From Chiloscyllium plagiosum (taxonomy: Eukaryota), in assembly GCF_004010195.1 (NCBI RefSeq), contig NC_057719.1:58386411-58450410 (forward strand): a DNA stretch of 64,000 nt, given 5' to 3'. Numbering within the stretch: the first letter of the stretch is position 1; each line of letters opens with the position of its first letter. The notes under the pieces were generated by a model. It was not told the DNA's origin. It saw nothing but the letters and a program-made list of their open reading frames with translations, and made no database searches. Shown here piece by piece: positions 13,148 to 25,530 of the stretch. The translations under genes were made by a program, and so were the position numbers.

Positions 13148-14221
13148 TTTCTGAAGTGAATTTGTACTTGCAGGGTTGCATTGTTCAAAAACTGCATGAA
13201 TCCATGTAAGATTCTGTTAACTCATTTTTTAGATTAGAATCAGTCTAAACATTATGGCACAGACAACAACACACAGGGGGCTAACACCTTCAATAAATTA
13301 TCTGGGCTGACACCAATTGTTAAAGTTCACCTCATATGTAACTAAAAAAAACGTTTGTGATTTACATATGAAAGAAGTGAAACTAGCATGTTCATTCTAA
13401 CAGATGAGATACTTAACAAACAATCCAAGGTATTTTTCAATGTATAATTTCAGTTACATCACACTGTCAACTTTTGCTAGAAATTCTGTGTCTTACAATT
13501 ATGTACTTCACAGCCACATGATGAAGGAGCAGCGCATCGAAAGCTAGTGCTTCCAATTAAACCTATTGGTTTTGTGTGATTTTTAACTTAAAGCAAAATG
13601 CTTACTGTTGGATGTGATTCCATAGTTGTGCAGCATTTGATGAAATCTAGTTACACTATTTGCCACTTTAGGATAACCAAGCAAACATGTAATCTAGCTC
13701 ATTTGTCCTTGATAGTTGGGACATACATTCAAATGCAGAGGACACATTCTCTGCAAATGAATGGAATATTCTCAAATCTTTTTTTGAACTGTTTGGGAGA
13801 ATGGGGACCCTAGAGTTCGCTATAGTTTCTCCTTGGCAGCACCTTAGCAAATGCCTTTTCTTCTTTAGAATAAATTGTGATTGAATTGAAATTTAGCATT
13901 CTTGAGTTTCTCTTGATGAGTGCAAGGTAAAATAATAGGTGACTTTTCCATTTTTTATGTAACTCTAATTTTTTTTCAGGGGAGGCTGTTTTCATTGTGA
14001 AGGCCAGCATTTAATATTCATTTTTAATTATCTTTGAAAAGGTGGTGTTGAGCTACCACTTTCAGCTGCTGCAGCCCGTGGAATAGGAATACTCACAATT
14101 CTGTTACAGAGGAAATTCCAGGATTTTTACTGACTGACAATGTAGAAATTCCAAGTCAGGTTTGTGCATAATTGGAAATAGAATATGAAGTTTGGGCTAT
14201 TCCTACATATCTAATGCTCTT

Positions 14222-15005
14222 GGAGTCATCAAGTCATAGAGATGTACAGCACGGGAACAGACTCTTCGGTCCAACTTGTCCATGCCAGCCAGATATCCCA
14301 ACCCACCTAGTCCCACCTGTCAGCACGCATATCTCTCCAAACCCTTCTTATTCATATACCCATCCAGATGCCTTTTAAATGTTGCAGTTGTACTAACCTC
14401 CACCACTTCCTCTGGCAGCTCATTCCATACAAGTACCACCCTCTGCATGAAAAAGTTGCCCCTTAGGTCTCTTTTATATCTTTCCCCTCTCACCCTAAAT
14501 CTATACCCTCTATTTCTGAACTCCCCCACCCCAGGGAAAAGACCTTGTCTGTTTACGCTATCCATGCCCCTCATGATTTTATAAACCTCTAGAAGGTCAC
14601 CCCTCAGCCTCCGGCGCTCCAGGGAAAATTGGCCCCAGCCTGTTCAATCTCTCCTTATAGCTCAAATCTTCCAACCCCGGCAACATCCTTGTAAATCATT
14701 TCTGAACCCTTTCAAGTTTCACAGCATCTTTCCGATAGGAAGGAGACCAGAATTGCACGCAATATTCCAACAGTGGCCTAACTAATGTCTTGTACAGCTG
14801 CATCATGACCTCCCAACTCCTGTACTCAATACTCTGACCAATAAAGGAAAGCATACCAAACACCTTCACTATTCTATCTACCTGCGACTCCACTTTCAAG
14901 GAGCTATGAACCTGTACTCCAAGGTCTCGTTGTTCAGCAACACTCCCTTGGACCTTACCATTACGTATATAAGTCCTGCTAAGATTTGCTTTCCCAAAAT
15001 GCAGC
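14222..15005 (-). mobile_element. CR1 LINE 3' ~780 bp, inserted in an L2-like fragment
   Basis: ORFs 14320-14574 and 14696-15025 ([41 protein letters not shown]...WNELPEEVV). Confidence 0.92.
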
Positions 15006-15019
15006 TTGTTGGACCTAGG

Positions 15020-15510
15020 ACACAATCCTGAGGGACTCCTGCAGAGATGTCCTGGAGCTGAACTTACTGACCCTCCACAACCTCAAACAACCTCCTTTGT
15101 GCCAGATATGACTCTAACCAGTGGACTGTTTGCCCCCAATATCCATTGAGTCCAGTTTTGCCAGAGCTCCTTGATGCTATATTATATCAAATGCAGCCTT
15201 GATGTCAAGGTTTGTCATTCTCACCTTACCTCTGGAATTCAGCTTTTTTGTCCATGTTTGAACCAAGGCTGTAATGAGATCAGGAGCTGGGTGATCCTAG
15301 CAAAACCCAAACTGGGCGTCACGGAGCAGGTGCTACTTGATAACATTGTTGTCAAAACCCCTTCTTTCACTTCACTGATGATGGACGGTAGACAGATTGG
15401 GTGGTAATTGGCCAGTTTGTATTTGTCCTGCTTTTTGTGTACAGGACAAACCTGGGCCATTTTCCACATTGCCAAGTAGATGCCAGAGCTATAACTGTAC
15501 TGGAAGAGCT
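15020..15510 (-). mobile_element. L2/CR1-group LINE RT fragment
   Basis: ORF 15239-15475 WKMAQVCPVHKKQDK...NYHPICLPSIIS is the N-terminal region of a non-LTR RT. Confidence 0.8.
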
Positions 15511-15667
15511 GTAAAGTACTTAAGAGAAGTTTTGAGATTTACAGATCAATGAAGCAACCCATTCCAAAAGATAAAAGACTCAGCAACAATCCAAATCCGC
15601 TCAACGTATCATTTCAGCTGCATGACATTAAAACCCTTTCCTATAAATTCTATGTCCTATGTCCCAT

Positions 15668-15800
15668 GCTCCACAACCACCTGACGAAAGAGCAGTGCTC
15701 CCAAAAGCTAGTGCTTCCAAACAAACCCGTTGGACTATAACCTGATGTTGTGTCATTTTTAACTTTGCCCCCTCCAGTCCAACACCGACTCCTCCACGTC
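15668..15800 (+). mobile_element. Solo terminus of PLE family B with a decayed hammerhead
   Basis: cac-ctgacga-aagagc-agt-gctcc-caaaa-gcta-gtg followed by sequence matching the reverse complement of 11085-11170. Confidence 0.8.
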
Positions 15801-16754
15801 ATTGCTGAAATGTACTTCAACATCCCAGAAAGATATAGTGCGTAAGTTTCTGCCCTATGGAATTGCCATCTTCCAGCACTTGGAACACCAGAAACAGGTT
15901 AAACTGGCATTGTTTTATACATTTCTCAACACTTTGCAGCCAATTATATTTGAAGCTTAATCACTATTAGTTTGTGGGTAAATTTGGATCCTATTTCCAC
16001 ATAAACAGCAGTGAGAAATCAAGCAATCTTGTTTCTTACATGTATTTTTCTGTTACCATAGATGCTGTAAGACTTGCTGACGAGTTCCTAAATTTTAGGG
16101 TTTTATTTTTCATTTCATTGGCATTAGTTAGGAAACAAATATTGAACAGACTCACTGAGACAAAATTCCAACTTTCCTTCATTAGTCTGTCAGTGATCTG
16201 TAATGTTCACCTGGCTAAAGTTTGGTTTTAATATCTCACTGAAAAACAAACACCTCTGATAAAGTTTCATTCATTCCTTTCCTCTGAGGATGAGGATACA
16301 GTCACCGAATGGTGTTGTAATTTGCCACATACTGACTCAGTAATGTAATGTTGGCATCCCACAATCCTGTGAGTGTGGGGGCAGTCAGGGTGGGTGTGTA
16401 GGCCTATGGGGGGGTGGGGAGGGTTGTCAGGGTAAGCATCAGGGGTGGGGTCAGTCCAGAGGCCAACAAGATAGCAATCAGTTTGCCATTTCAGGGCTGT
16501 AATTTTTCAAAAATCTTTGTATTCTGGAGAAGTGCAAGACAAATGGAAAATTGCTAATATGACACCACTAGTCAAAATAGGATGGAGGGAAAAGCAGGTA
16601 ACTATAGGTCAGTTTGGGCGTTAGATTTCTGGGAGGGGGATTTCAGTTTGGGGTTGCTTTTGGGGAAGGATGTGGTTTGCAGGAAGGGATCAGTTTGGGG
16701 TGTAGTTTTGTTGGGGGAGGCGGGGGATGATGTGATTTTGGGTGGGGAGTTTGG

Positions 16755-17707
16755 NNNNNNNNNNNNNNNNNNNNNNNNNNNNNNNNNNNNNNNNNNNNNN
16801 NNNNNNNNNNNNNNNNNNNNNNNNNNNNNNNNNNNNNNNNNNNNNNNNNNNNNNNNNNNNNNNNNNNNNNNNNNNNNNNNNNNNNNNNNNNNNNNNNNNN
16901 NNNNNNNNNNNNNNNNNNNNNNNNNNNNNNNNNNNNNNNNNNNNNNNNNNNNNNNNNNNNNNNNNNNNNNNNNNNNNNNNNNNNNNNNNNNNNNNNNNNN
17001 NNNNNNNNNNNNNNNNNNNNNNNNNNNNNNNNNNNNNNNNNNNNNNNNNNNNNNNNNNNNNNNNNNNNNNNNNNNNNNNNNNNNNNNNNNNNNNNNNNNN
17101 NNNNNNNNNNNNNNNNNNNNNNNNNNNNNNNNNNNNNNNNNNNNNNNNNNNNNNNNNNNNNNNNNNNNNNNNNNNNNNNNNNNNNNNNNNNNNNNNNNNN
17201 NNNNNNNNNNNNNNNNNNNNNNNNNNNNNNNNNNNNNNNNNNNNNNNNNNNNNNNNNNNNNNNNNNNNNNNNNNNNNNNNNNNNNNNNNNNNNNNNNNNN
17301 NNNNNNNNNNNNNNNNNNNNNNNNNNNNNNNNNNNNNNNNNNNNNNNNNNNNNNNNNNNNNNNNNNNNNNNNNNNNNNNNNNNNNNNNNNNNNNNNNNNN
17401 NNNNNNNNNNNNNNNNNNNNNNNNNNNNNNNNNNNNNNNNNNNNNNNNNNNNNNNNNNNNNNNNNNNNNNNNNNNNNNNNNNNNNNNNNNNNNNNNNNNN
17501 NNNNNNNNNNNNNNNNNNNNNNNNNNNNNNNNNNNNNNNNNNNNNNNNNNNNNNNNNNNNNNNNNNNNNNNNNNNNNNNNNNNNNNNNNNNNNNNNNNNN
17601 NNNNNNNNNNNNNNNNNNNNNNNNNNNNNNNNNNNNNNNNNNNNNNNNNNNNNNNNNNNNNNNNNNNNNNNNNNNNNNNNNNNNNNNNNNNNNNNNNNNN
17701 NNNNNNN
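16755..17707. other. Assembly gap (953 N)
   Basis: Run of N flanked by G/T-rich low-complexity sequence. Confidence 1.
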
Positions 17708-17889
17708 GGTGGTAGTTCAGTTCAGGTGGGGTGGTGTTAGTTTGGAGGGTGGTGTTGTGTAGTTTAGAGGGTAGCTCAGATTGGTGGGTGGGTGGGTTGC
17801 GTTGGTTTGGCTAGTGGTCAAGTTTGATGGTGGGAGGAGGTTGGTGTTACTTAAGGGGAGGTTTTGGTGAGGCCATGTGATGGTGGTAT

Positions 17890-18073
17890 CTATGATCACT
17901 GCCATGTCCAGTTGTCGCAGTTGTCCAAGGAATTTTCCCCGAGCCCGATAAATGGGCAGTTCTCTCTGCTGTTGATCGATCACCATCTCCTGCAAAAGTG
18001 CATTATTCTGCCTTTGACCACACACAGGTCGCGATGTTTTGAACTTCTTGGCCGGAGGAGGCCGACTCTCCAT
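17890..18073 (-). pseudogene. DHX33: DHX33 (DEAH-box helicase 33) N-terminal pseudogene fragment
   Basis: MESRPPPAKKFK...QQQRELPIYRARGKFLGQLRQLDMAVII matches the DHX33 N-terminus as recalled (PPAKRFR...QRRSLPIFQARGQLLAQLRNLDNAVLI). Homology stops just before the Walker A motif GETGSGKT. Confidence 0.8.
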
Positions 18074-18139
18074 TGAGACTCTGATCCACAGTTACACAGC
18101 AACCATCATGCTACTGCTTGTCCTTCAACCTGTTGTAGG

Positions 18140-18785
18140 TGTGACACCATGAGCTTTGAGAGGTGTATTTTGTCCTGTTTTTTTTAAAGTGATGTTTTGA
18201 GCCAGAGGTGCCAATTTGTCTCTCCCAAGTCAAATAAAGTAAACAGCTTGATACGCCCTTAGTATAAATGGATGCAGTCAGGCTCCTACGGAACTATGAT
18301 TTTAGTTTAGCTTTCAGTTATTTTTGGGGTTTTAAAGTTAGCTTTGGAAACTGTTTCATCTGTTTCATTCATTGCAAAAATGTGGAGTTTTCTGTCTCTT
18401 TGCCCAATTTTTTTCTTGATGTTCTTTTCCCCTGCATTGGAGAAATCACATATGAGACAATCTGTTTTTCCTGAATTTGTCTCTGCCAAGGGTATGTTTA
18501 TGGGATGTTACTGTATTGAAACAGTTGCTGTTAATAGTTAAATAATCTGTTATTCTGTTAAGTTTTCTAATAGGGTAAAAGTTATACCAATTCTTCTTTC
18601 TTTTGTTCGTATTTTAGCTAGATGTAGGAATGCAATATATTTTGCTTTAAAGCCCAGTAGTCTGACCAATTGAATTACATCAGGAATACAGAACCTTACA
18701 TTTCACTTTACATAAGGTAAAAGTTAGAGTCTAGGCTATTTCCTTGATGCATTTGAAGTGGATTTGGGGGTATGGTCCAAAATAA
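18140..18785 (+). mobile_element. Putative solo LTR or LTR-like repeat
   Basis: Begins TGTGACA immediately where the DHX33-adjacent sequence ends, is non-coding and has LTR-like composition. The 3' end and TSD are unclear. Confidence 0.35.
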
Positions 18786-20589
18786 ATTGGGATCCTGGAT
18801 TTGGGAGTCGCTGCAGTGTATCTTGCAAATTGTTCATGCTGACAGAGTTACTCTCAATTCAGTTATGGAATGGATCTCTTTACAACTTTGAGTAATGCTT
18901 GTTCTCCACTGTTAGTTTATGGGGGAAAAAAAGAAATGCAATGTAATTGTTCTCATTCACATTTTTATATTGAATGAATGCAAATTCATTAAAATTGGCA
19001 CCTATCTGAAGCTCACACACTACCAACATGATTGGAGGCTCTTTCTGTATTCAAGATTAATTTGGCAATCACCTAAGATCATCCCAGACTCCATTTTTCT
19101 ACTATGCATGTTTTTTTCGTCATTAGCAACGGAAAGTCAACCAATTGTTTATTTTTAGAGAAATAGAGGAATCAGTCTAAAGATTTTTGCTGATTGCCTT
19201 TACAGTTAGGCTGTAATACTGAAACTGTCAAGAGAAGATGTCAGTAAAGATAATAGCACAATAAATTATCATGTTATAATAAATTGTTTTTGTAATTTTG
19301 TTCAGACTTAAATAAGGTTAACACTGAAGTGGCAAAAATCACTGCCAGCATTTGTAAACTGTGTTTATGACTACAAAACAACAAAGTTTAAGATATTGTG
19401 GTAGTGAAGCAAGTAACTTAAATATTTAAGCATGACACATTTGTTGAATGAGTAAGGATTTAGCAATGTGAAGACTTTACTGCATTTATTATGGTATTGT
19501 TTTCATGTACAGATTTAGCAGCACATTTCTTCTTGGAAAAAATTGAATGATTAAAGTTACCATACCACATGATGTATGGAATGAGGAACTTTATTGTGAA
19601 TTTTGGGCAATTGCATAATGTTCAACATTACATGACATTGTGGCTTTAAAATGATTTCACTTCTTGGGGATAGAAATATATCAATAATTGCATCTTCAAT
19701 ATATTTCATTTCACTGCTTTGGTTAGTTTTGGCAGTAGTGAAAGGTTTGTTGAAGTAGAAGGATCACCTATAATAGTTTATAAATCATCAAATGTTGCCA
19801 GTATGATCAAAATGTTAGTTTTGTCTCACTTTTTTTCAAAGACAGGTGCTGCGTTTTCAGTCGTAAATTTGAACTGATAGATGCATTGCTAAAATATAGT
19901 GAATAAACTTACTGCTTTTGTTGGGAAGAAAGAAACCTTTGACTTTTTTAAGGAATCATTTGAAGTTTGGAAATACAGACACTGCTTCTTCATACATGAC
20001 AAACTCCTCCAAGTACATATATTTAGTAATCATGCATAGTGTTTAAGTGAAATTCATGTATTGAGCCCCCTCAACAAACATTGTAAAATCAAGTGCTGTC
20101 TAAATAATAGACCAAATAAGCCGAAAGTACCATAGGATTAGCTTAGCTCTGTTCGCAGTATAATGATGTTGCTCATTTATATATATAGGTTCGGTGTCAG
20201 ATTTGCTTTAGTGTAGAACTCTCACACCCCAAGTCAGAAGGTTCAAGCTTGGATAAGCAGGGAATTATCTTATTCTCCTCAATAACATTCTTCCCTCAAT
20301 CTCATTAGATTAACTTGTCAAATGTTAGTAGGTTGTTGAATATAAATTTGCGCTATCACTTGCCTATGTGTAAACAACCAGATTTAAAATTTATAAAAAT
20401 AAGTGGCAAATAAAAATGCGACCAAGTGTGTCAATTAGAACTGTGGCACTACTTTTACAAGTCAAATCCGAAGGACAAAATTCCAGAAATGCAGTTTGCA
20501 GGTGAAACATTCAACCAAGTGCGGCTACAGATATATCATAAAATGTTTTTGTTACTGGTCCAGGAATCTGAAAATCTGAACTAATAATT

Positions 20590-20905
20590 CAACAAATATG
20601 AGCATTGAAGGAAGAAGAGTGGAACGTATTGGAGAGACATTTTTGTGGCCATTGGACTTGACTCCAGGATAATATGTTGCCTCCGTGGTGCCAGGTTCAT
20701 GGATGCCACATTTTTCTGGGAGAAGATAAACAGAGATCACAGTTCATGTAACTTCTACTGTCATGTGAAGGAAGGGGCCTGACATCTTGAAAGCCAGTTT
20801 CAAGGAGCTCAACAACAGGCTGAAAAGCAGGATTTCCAAATCTGTACTGTTGGAATTGTTCTCAGTCCCATGTGCTAGTGACCATAGAAACAAGAAAATT
20901 AAACA
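20590..20905 (+). mobile_element. CR1 ORF1 esterase fragment (5' part of a nested CR1)
   Basis: atatgttgcctccgtggtgccagg translates to ICCLRGAR, like the CCLPGAR block of CR1 ORF1. Confidence 0.6.
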
Positions 20906-21310
20906 TTCAAAGTTTGTGAGAAGATTTGTAGCTCGGGTGCTCGTTGTTGTGGTTCTGTTTGCCGAGCTGGGAATTTGTGTTGCAGACGTTTCGTCCCCTG
21001 TCTAGGTGACATCCTCGGTGCTTGGGAGCCTCCTGTGAAGCGCTTCTGTGGTGTTTCCTCTGGCATTTATTGGTTTGTCTCTGCCCCTTCCAGTTGTCAG
21101 TTCCAGCTGTCCGCTGCAGTGGCCGGTATATTTTGTCCAGGTCGATGTGTTTGTTGACAGAATCTGTGGATGAGTGCCATGCCTCTAGGAGTTCCCTGGC
21201 TGTTCTCTGTTTGGCTTGTCCTACAATAGTAGTGTTGTCTCATGTTGCTTGTCATCTGCATGTGTGGCTACTAAGGATAGCTGGTCGTGTCGTTTCGTGG
21301 CTAGTTGGTG
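20905..21310 (-). mobile_element. Penelope-like element (family C) 3' end with GIY-YIG C-terminus and hammerhead
   Basis: Minus strand DNTTIVGQAKQRTARELLEAWHSSTDSVNKHIDLDKIYRPL is a PLE endonuclease C-terminus. A hammerhead motif lies at 20982-21021. Confidence 0.8.
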
Positions 21311-22163
21311 TGAGTAACTGTAGTTTTAAGATAACCTGATACCCATGGAAGGCATTGCAAACAATTGTTTGATTAAGCAATAACTGAAGATTGGATTGAA
21401 CATGATCTGGAGCGGGGGCTATGTGCCCTTGTTGCTAATAAGAAATTGATTGGTCTATTGACCAGTGACAGTTATCAACAATTGATACTTTTGCCCGCCA
21501 ACCAGTGTTGATGTGGTTGAGCAGCTTGGAACTAAAAATAAGAAGGAGAGAGGAAAAGATGTGTGCATGTCTTTTCCTTGCCCACATGCTGCCTGTTCTC
21601 TACTTCTAAAAATCTCAGGTTAATCCTGAAGAAAACCAAATACTTTTCCTACAGCAGTTGCTGTAAACTGTGACTTTTGAACTAATAAATCAGACAATCT
21701 CTAAGTGAATCAGCCAGTATGTTCAACCATCCTAAGAAAGGCATCTGAATAACAGGAGGTCTGGCCAACTGGAAAAGAATTATCCCAACATCCAAGCCAG
21801 AAAACAGACTATTGAGCTGATTTACCTGTTTTCCTATCTCTCCCAATAATTTATTTTCCCTATTACATCATCTCTGCATGTGTGTGCGCGCAGATATATA
21901 ATTGGGAATTTATAAGAGGATTTAAATTTTAGTTAGTGTTTTTGCTAATGCTTTATATCTGCTTACCTGTAGCTATACTGTTTACTTATAATCAATAACA
22001 AATCTTCATTAGTACAGAAATCTGGTCCATGCTTTCTATCAACCTAAGTCTTAAAGTCAGATAAGTGGGGTACTGTGTATTTTTGAAAAAAGGTTTAATG
22101 TTGAGCACAACTCCCAAAAGGACAGGGCTTGATTTATGGTGCATTAGTGCAGTGTGTCATAAC
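21311..22163 (+). mobile_element. Putative LTR-like insertion
   Basis: Non-coding block ending ...gtgtcataaCA, with an internal aataaa, lying between the PLE and the resumed CR1 ORF2. Confidence 0.35.
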
Positions 22164-23480
22164 ACAAGGATGTTCTGCATTTAGAACGGATAGACAAAAT
22201 AGAAATGGAGGTGGGCTAGCACTCCTAGTAAGGAACTACACCAGTGTATTAGCAAGAGAGGATCTTGGATTAAAGAATCAAGGTGTAGAATTGGTCTGGA
22301 TGAAGCAAGAAACTGTAAGAGTGAAAAAAAGCATTGATGCAACTTGTTTAGACAATACCAAACTGTAATAATGTTGGACTCACAGTAAATAAGGAAATTA
22401 GAGATGTATATATTGGTAATACAGTAATGGGCTGATTCAATTTGCATATAGATTGTGTTAACATCAGTGCTAATGCTGTTGCAGATGAATTCCTGCTGTG
22501 TGTATGCAGGCTCTTAGAACAGAATGTTGTACCAGCAGAAATCATATATTTTTGGATTTGGTTTTGTGTAAAAAGAAAGGGTTAACTAATATCTTGCTAT
22601 AAAGGAACATTTAGGAAATAGTAAACATAGAATGAAATAATTACATGAGTTTTGCATTTGAGCTGGCTTTAGAATAAACGAAGTATTAAATCTGAGCAAG
22701 GGAAACTGTGAAGGCATGAGGGCCTCATTGGTTAATACGGATTGGAAAACACAAAAAATTTTGACAGTACAGTCGGCAGGCAGTAGTTCTTAAAGAAATA
22801 CTACAAGTTCTATATCACATATAGATTTCTCCTGGTGAATCAGCCATGGTTTAAAAAAAACACAAAATTAAGGATTGCAATAGATCAAAGGAAGTTGCTT
22901 ATAAGATTGCTAGAAATAATGGTAAGCTTGAGGATTGGAAGCAATTTGGGACCAGCATGGTGGGGAAAGACTTTCATCTTTGCTAGAAATGAACATAAAG
23001 ACAACTGTAAAACCTATGTAAAAAAGAAAAAATGAACAATTAAAAAAATGAGCCCAGCATGGGAGAATTTACAGTGGAGTAGGGATGGAGAAAACAATTA
23101 TTTTGCTTCTGGCTTCATGAAACAGAATCTCCCAGAAAAGCTAGACAGTAAAGGGCTTGGGTAAAAGAAAAGCTTAAAAAGAATTAGTACTGGAGATAGT
23201 AAAAGATGCAAACAAGATTGACAAATCTCAGATCACATAAGATTCATCCCAGACTGTTGAAGAACGCAGCAGTAGAGACAGTCAATGTATTGGTGGTTAT
23301 CTTTGATGCTCTAAATTTTGGAATGGTTTCTGCTGATCAAAAGGTCGCAAATGTTAACCACACTATTTAAAAAGGGAGGGAGAGTGGAGAACTATAAGCC
23401 TATTACCTTGATATTGGTAGTAGAGCAAATGTTTGATTCTGTCACAAAAGATGTGATAACTCAACATTTGGAAAGAAGGG
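22164..23480 (+). mobile_element. Old CR1 ORF2 fragment (APE to RT start); continues at ~25900-26070
   Basis: QGCSAFRTDRQNRNGGGLALLVRN (APE), then gcaaatgttaaccacactatttaaaaagggagg...aactataagcct (ANV-PLFKKG...NY-P). Confidence 0.75.
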
Positions 23481-23697
23481 AAAATCCAAAATAGAATCCC
23501 TACGGTGTGGAAGCAGGCCATTTGGCCTATTGATTCCACAAAGACCCTCTGAAGAGCACCTCACCCAGATCCACCCCTTTACCCAATCCCTGTAGCCCTG
23601 CATTTCCTATGACTAACCCACCTGGCCTGTACATTTCTGAACACTATGAGCAATTTAGCAAAGCCAGTCCTTCTAACCTGCACATCTGTAGACTGTG

Positions 23698-25530
23698 AGA
23701 AAATGAGGACTGCGGATACTGGAGATCAGAATAGAGAATGTGGTGCTGGAAAGACACAGCAGGTCAGGCAGCATCCGAGGAGCAGGAGAGTTGATGTTTT
23801 GGGCATACACCCTTGATCAGGAATGAGGCTTGTGGGCCGGGGAGCTGAGAGATAAATGGGAGGGTGTTGTAGTTGGGGCAGGGTAGCTGAGATTGCGATA
23901 GGTAGATGAAAAGGGGGGGGGAGAGAAGGTGATACATCGGAGAGGAGGGTGAAGTGGATAGATGGGAAAGGCGATGGACAGGTCAAAAGGGCAGTGCTGA
24001 GTTGGAGGCACGGGACTGGGATAAGGTGGGAGGAGGCAAAATGAGGAAACTGGCGAGATACACATTAATCCTGTGTGGTTGCAGGGTCCCAAGGCAGCTT
24101 CCTCCAGGTGTCAGTTGGTACGGGTTTGGCATTGGAGGTGGTCTAGGACCTGCATGTTCTTGACGGAGTGGGAGGGGTAGTTGAAGTATTCAGCCATGGG
24201 GTGGTGGGGTTGGTTGTTGCAGGTGTCCCAGAGATGTTCTCTGAAATGATGTGTAAGTTGGCATCCTGTCTCCCTGATGTCGAGGAGACCACATTGGGTG
24301 CAATGGATACAGTGCATGACATTGGTGGAGGTACAGGTAAATTTCTCTCTGATGTGGAAGGATCCTTTTGGCCCTTGGACAGAGGTGAGGTGGGGAGGTG
24401 TGGGCACAGATTTTGCACTTCCTGCGGTGGCAATGGAAGATGCCGTATGTGGGGTGTGCACTGGTGGGGCATGGATCTGACAAGGGAGTTCCTCATCAAC
24501 AAGCCCACCAATTCCCACAGCAACCTGGCCGACACCTCCTCCCACCCTACCTCCTGTAAAAACGCCATCCCTTATTCCCAATTTCTCCGCCTCCACCGCA
24601 TCTGTTCCCAGGATGACCAGTTACACCTTAGAAAATCTCAGGTGGCCTCCTTCTTCAAAGATCAGAATTCCCTTCTCACGTGGTCGACGATGCCCTTCAG
24701 CGTATCTCCTCCATTTCTCTGCCTTTGAACTGCACCCCTCCCAATGCAACAAGGACAGAACCCCCTGGTCCTCACCTTCAACACCACCACCTCTGTATAC
24801 ATTATATCATCCTCTGCCACGTCCACCATCTACAAACAGACCTTAAAATGAGGGACATAACTCCATCCTCACCCCTATCAATGTTCCAGAGAGACCATTT
24901 CCTCCGTGATTCCCTCAACAGGTCCATGGTCACCCCCCCCCACCAGCACACACCTAATCTAATCCCGGCACCTTCCTGTGCCACCGCAAGAAGTGCAAAA
25001 CATGTGCCCACACCTCCCACCTCACCACCTTTCAAGGCCCCAAAGGATCCATCCACATCTAACGGAAATTTACCTCTATCTCCACTGATGTCATCTACTG
25101 TATCTGCACCCGATGTGGTCTCCTCAACATCAGGGAGACAGGATGCCAACTTGTGGATCGTTTCAGAGAATATCTCTGGGACACCCGCATCAACCAACCC
25201 CACCACCCCGTGGCTGAATACTTCAACTTCACCTCCTGTGCCACCAAGGACATGCAGGTCCTGGTCTCCTCCATTGCCCAAACCCTTACCACCCAATGCC
25301 TGGAGGAAGGCACTTTGAGAAACCCTGAAACCACGTAGGATTCATGTGGATTTTACCAGTTCGTCATTTTCCCATCTGCCAGTCCGAGGCCTCCAACTCA
25401 GCACTGCCCTCTTGACCCTCCCATTTATCTCTCAGCCCACAAGCCTCAATCCTGATGAAGGGCTTGGCCCGAAACATTGATTCCCCTGCTCCTCGGATGC
25501 TGCCTGACCTGCTGTGCCTTTCCACACTCT
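23698..25530. mobile_element. Penelope-like element (family A), head-to-head inverted structure
   Basis: Minus arm 23698-~24492 encodes GIY-YIG (FTCTSTNVMHCIHCTQCGLLDIRETG...HFREH). Plus arm ~24495-25530 encodes the RT thumb (KNAIPYSQFLRLHRICSQ), GIY-YIG and terminus. Confidence 0.88.
25448..25482 (+). ncRNA. Minimal hammerhead ribozyme motif (PLE family A)
   Basis: aatc-CTGATGA-a-gggc-ttg-gccc-GAAA-ca-TT-gatt. Core, stem II and a 4-bp stem I are present. The cleavage-site region looks like cgtcg after CpG decay. Confidence 0.65.

Larger units (their letters stand above)
11085..13588. mobile_element. Penelope-like element (family B), head-to-head inverted structure
   Basis: Minus arm 11085-12603 encodes RT (YPRYIDDIFFLW, TLYRKPT, AIPYGQAL) and a GIY-YIG remnant (VGEHFS...LQGGL...AEHRLIAKFGT). 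Plus arm 12602-13588 repeats the GIY-YIG region and terminus. Near-perfect 12-bp TSD taaaacaaaatg (11073-11084) / taaagcaaaatg (13589-13600). Confidence 0.9.

Noticed and set aside
16582..17740. Long ORFs of 377 and 332 aa
   Set aside because: Artefacts of translating the N gap.
18168..18190. aaaacagga upstream of the DHX33 fragment as another use of the LTR target motif
   Set aside because: It lies inside a separate LTR-like repeat, ~35 bp from the apparent boundary, with no poly(A) or TSD partner.
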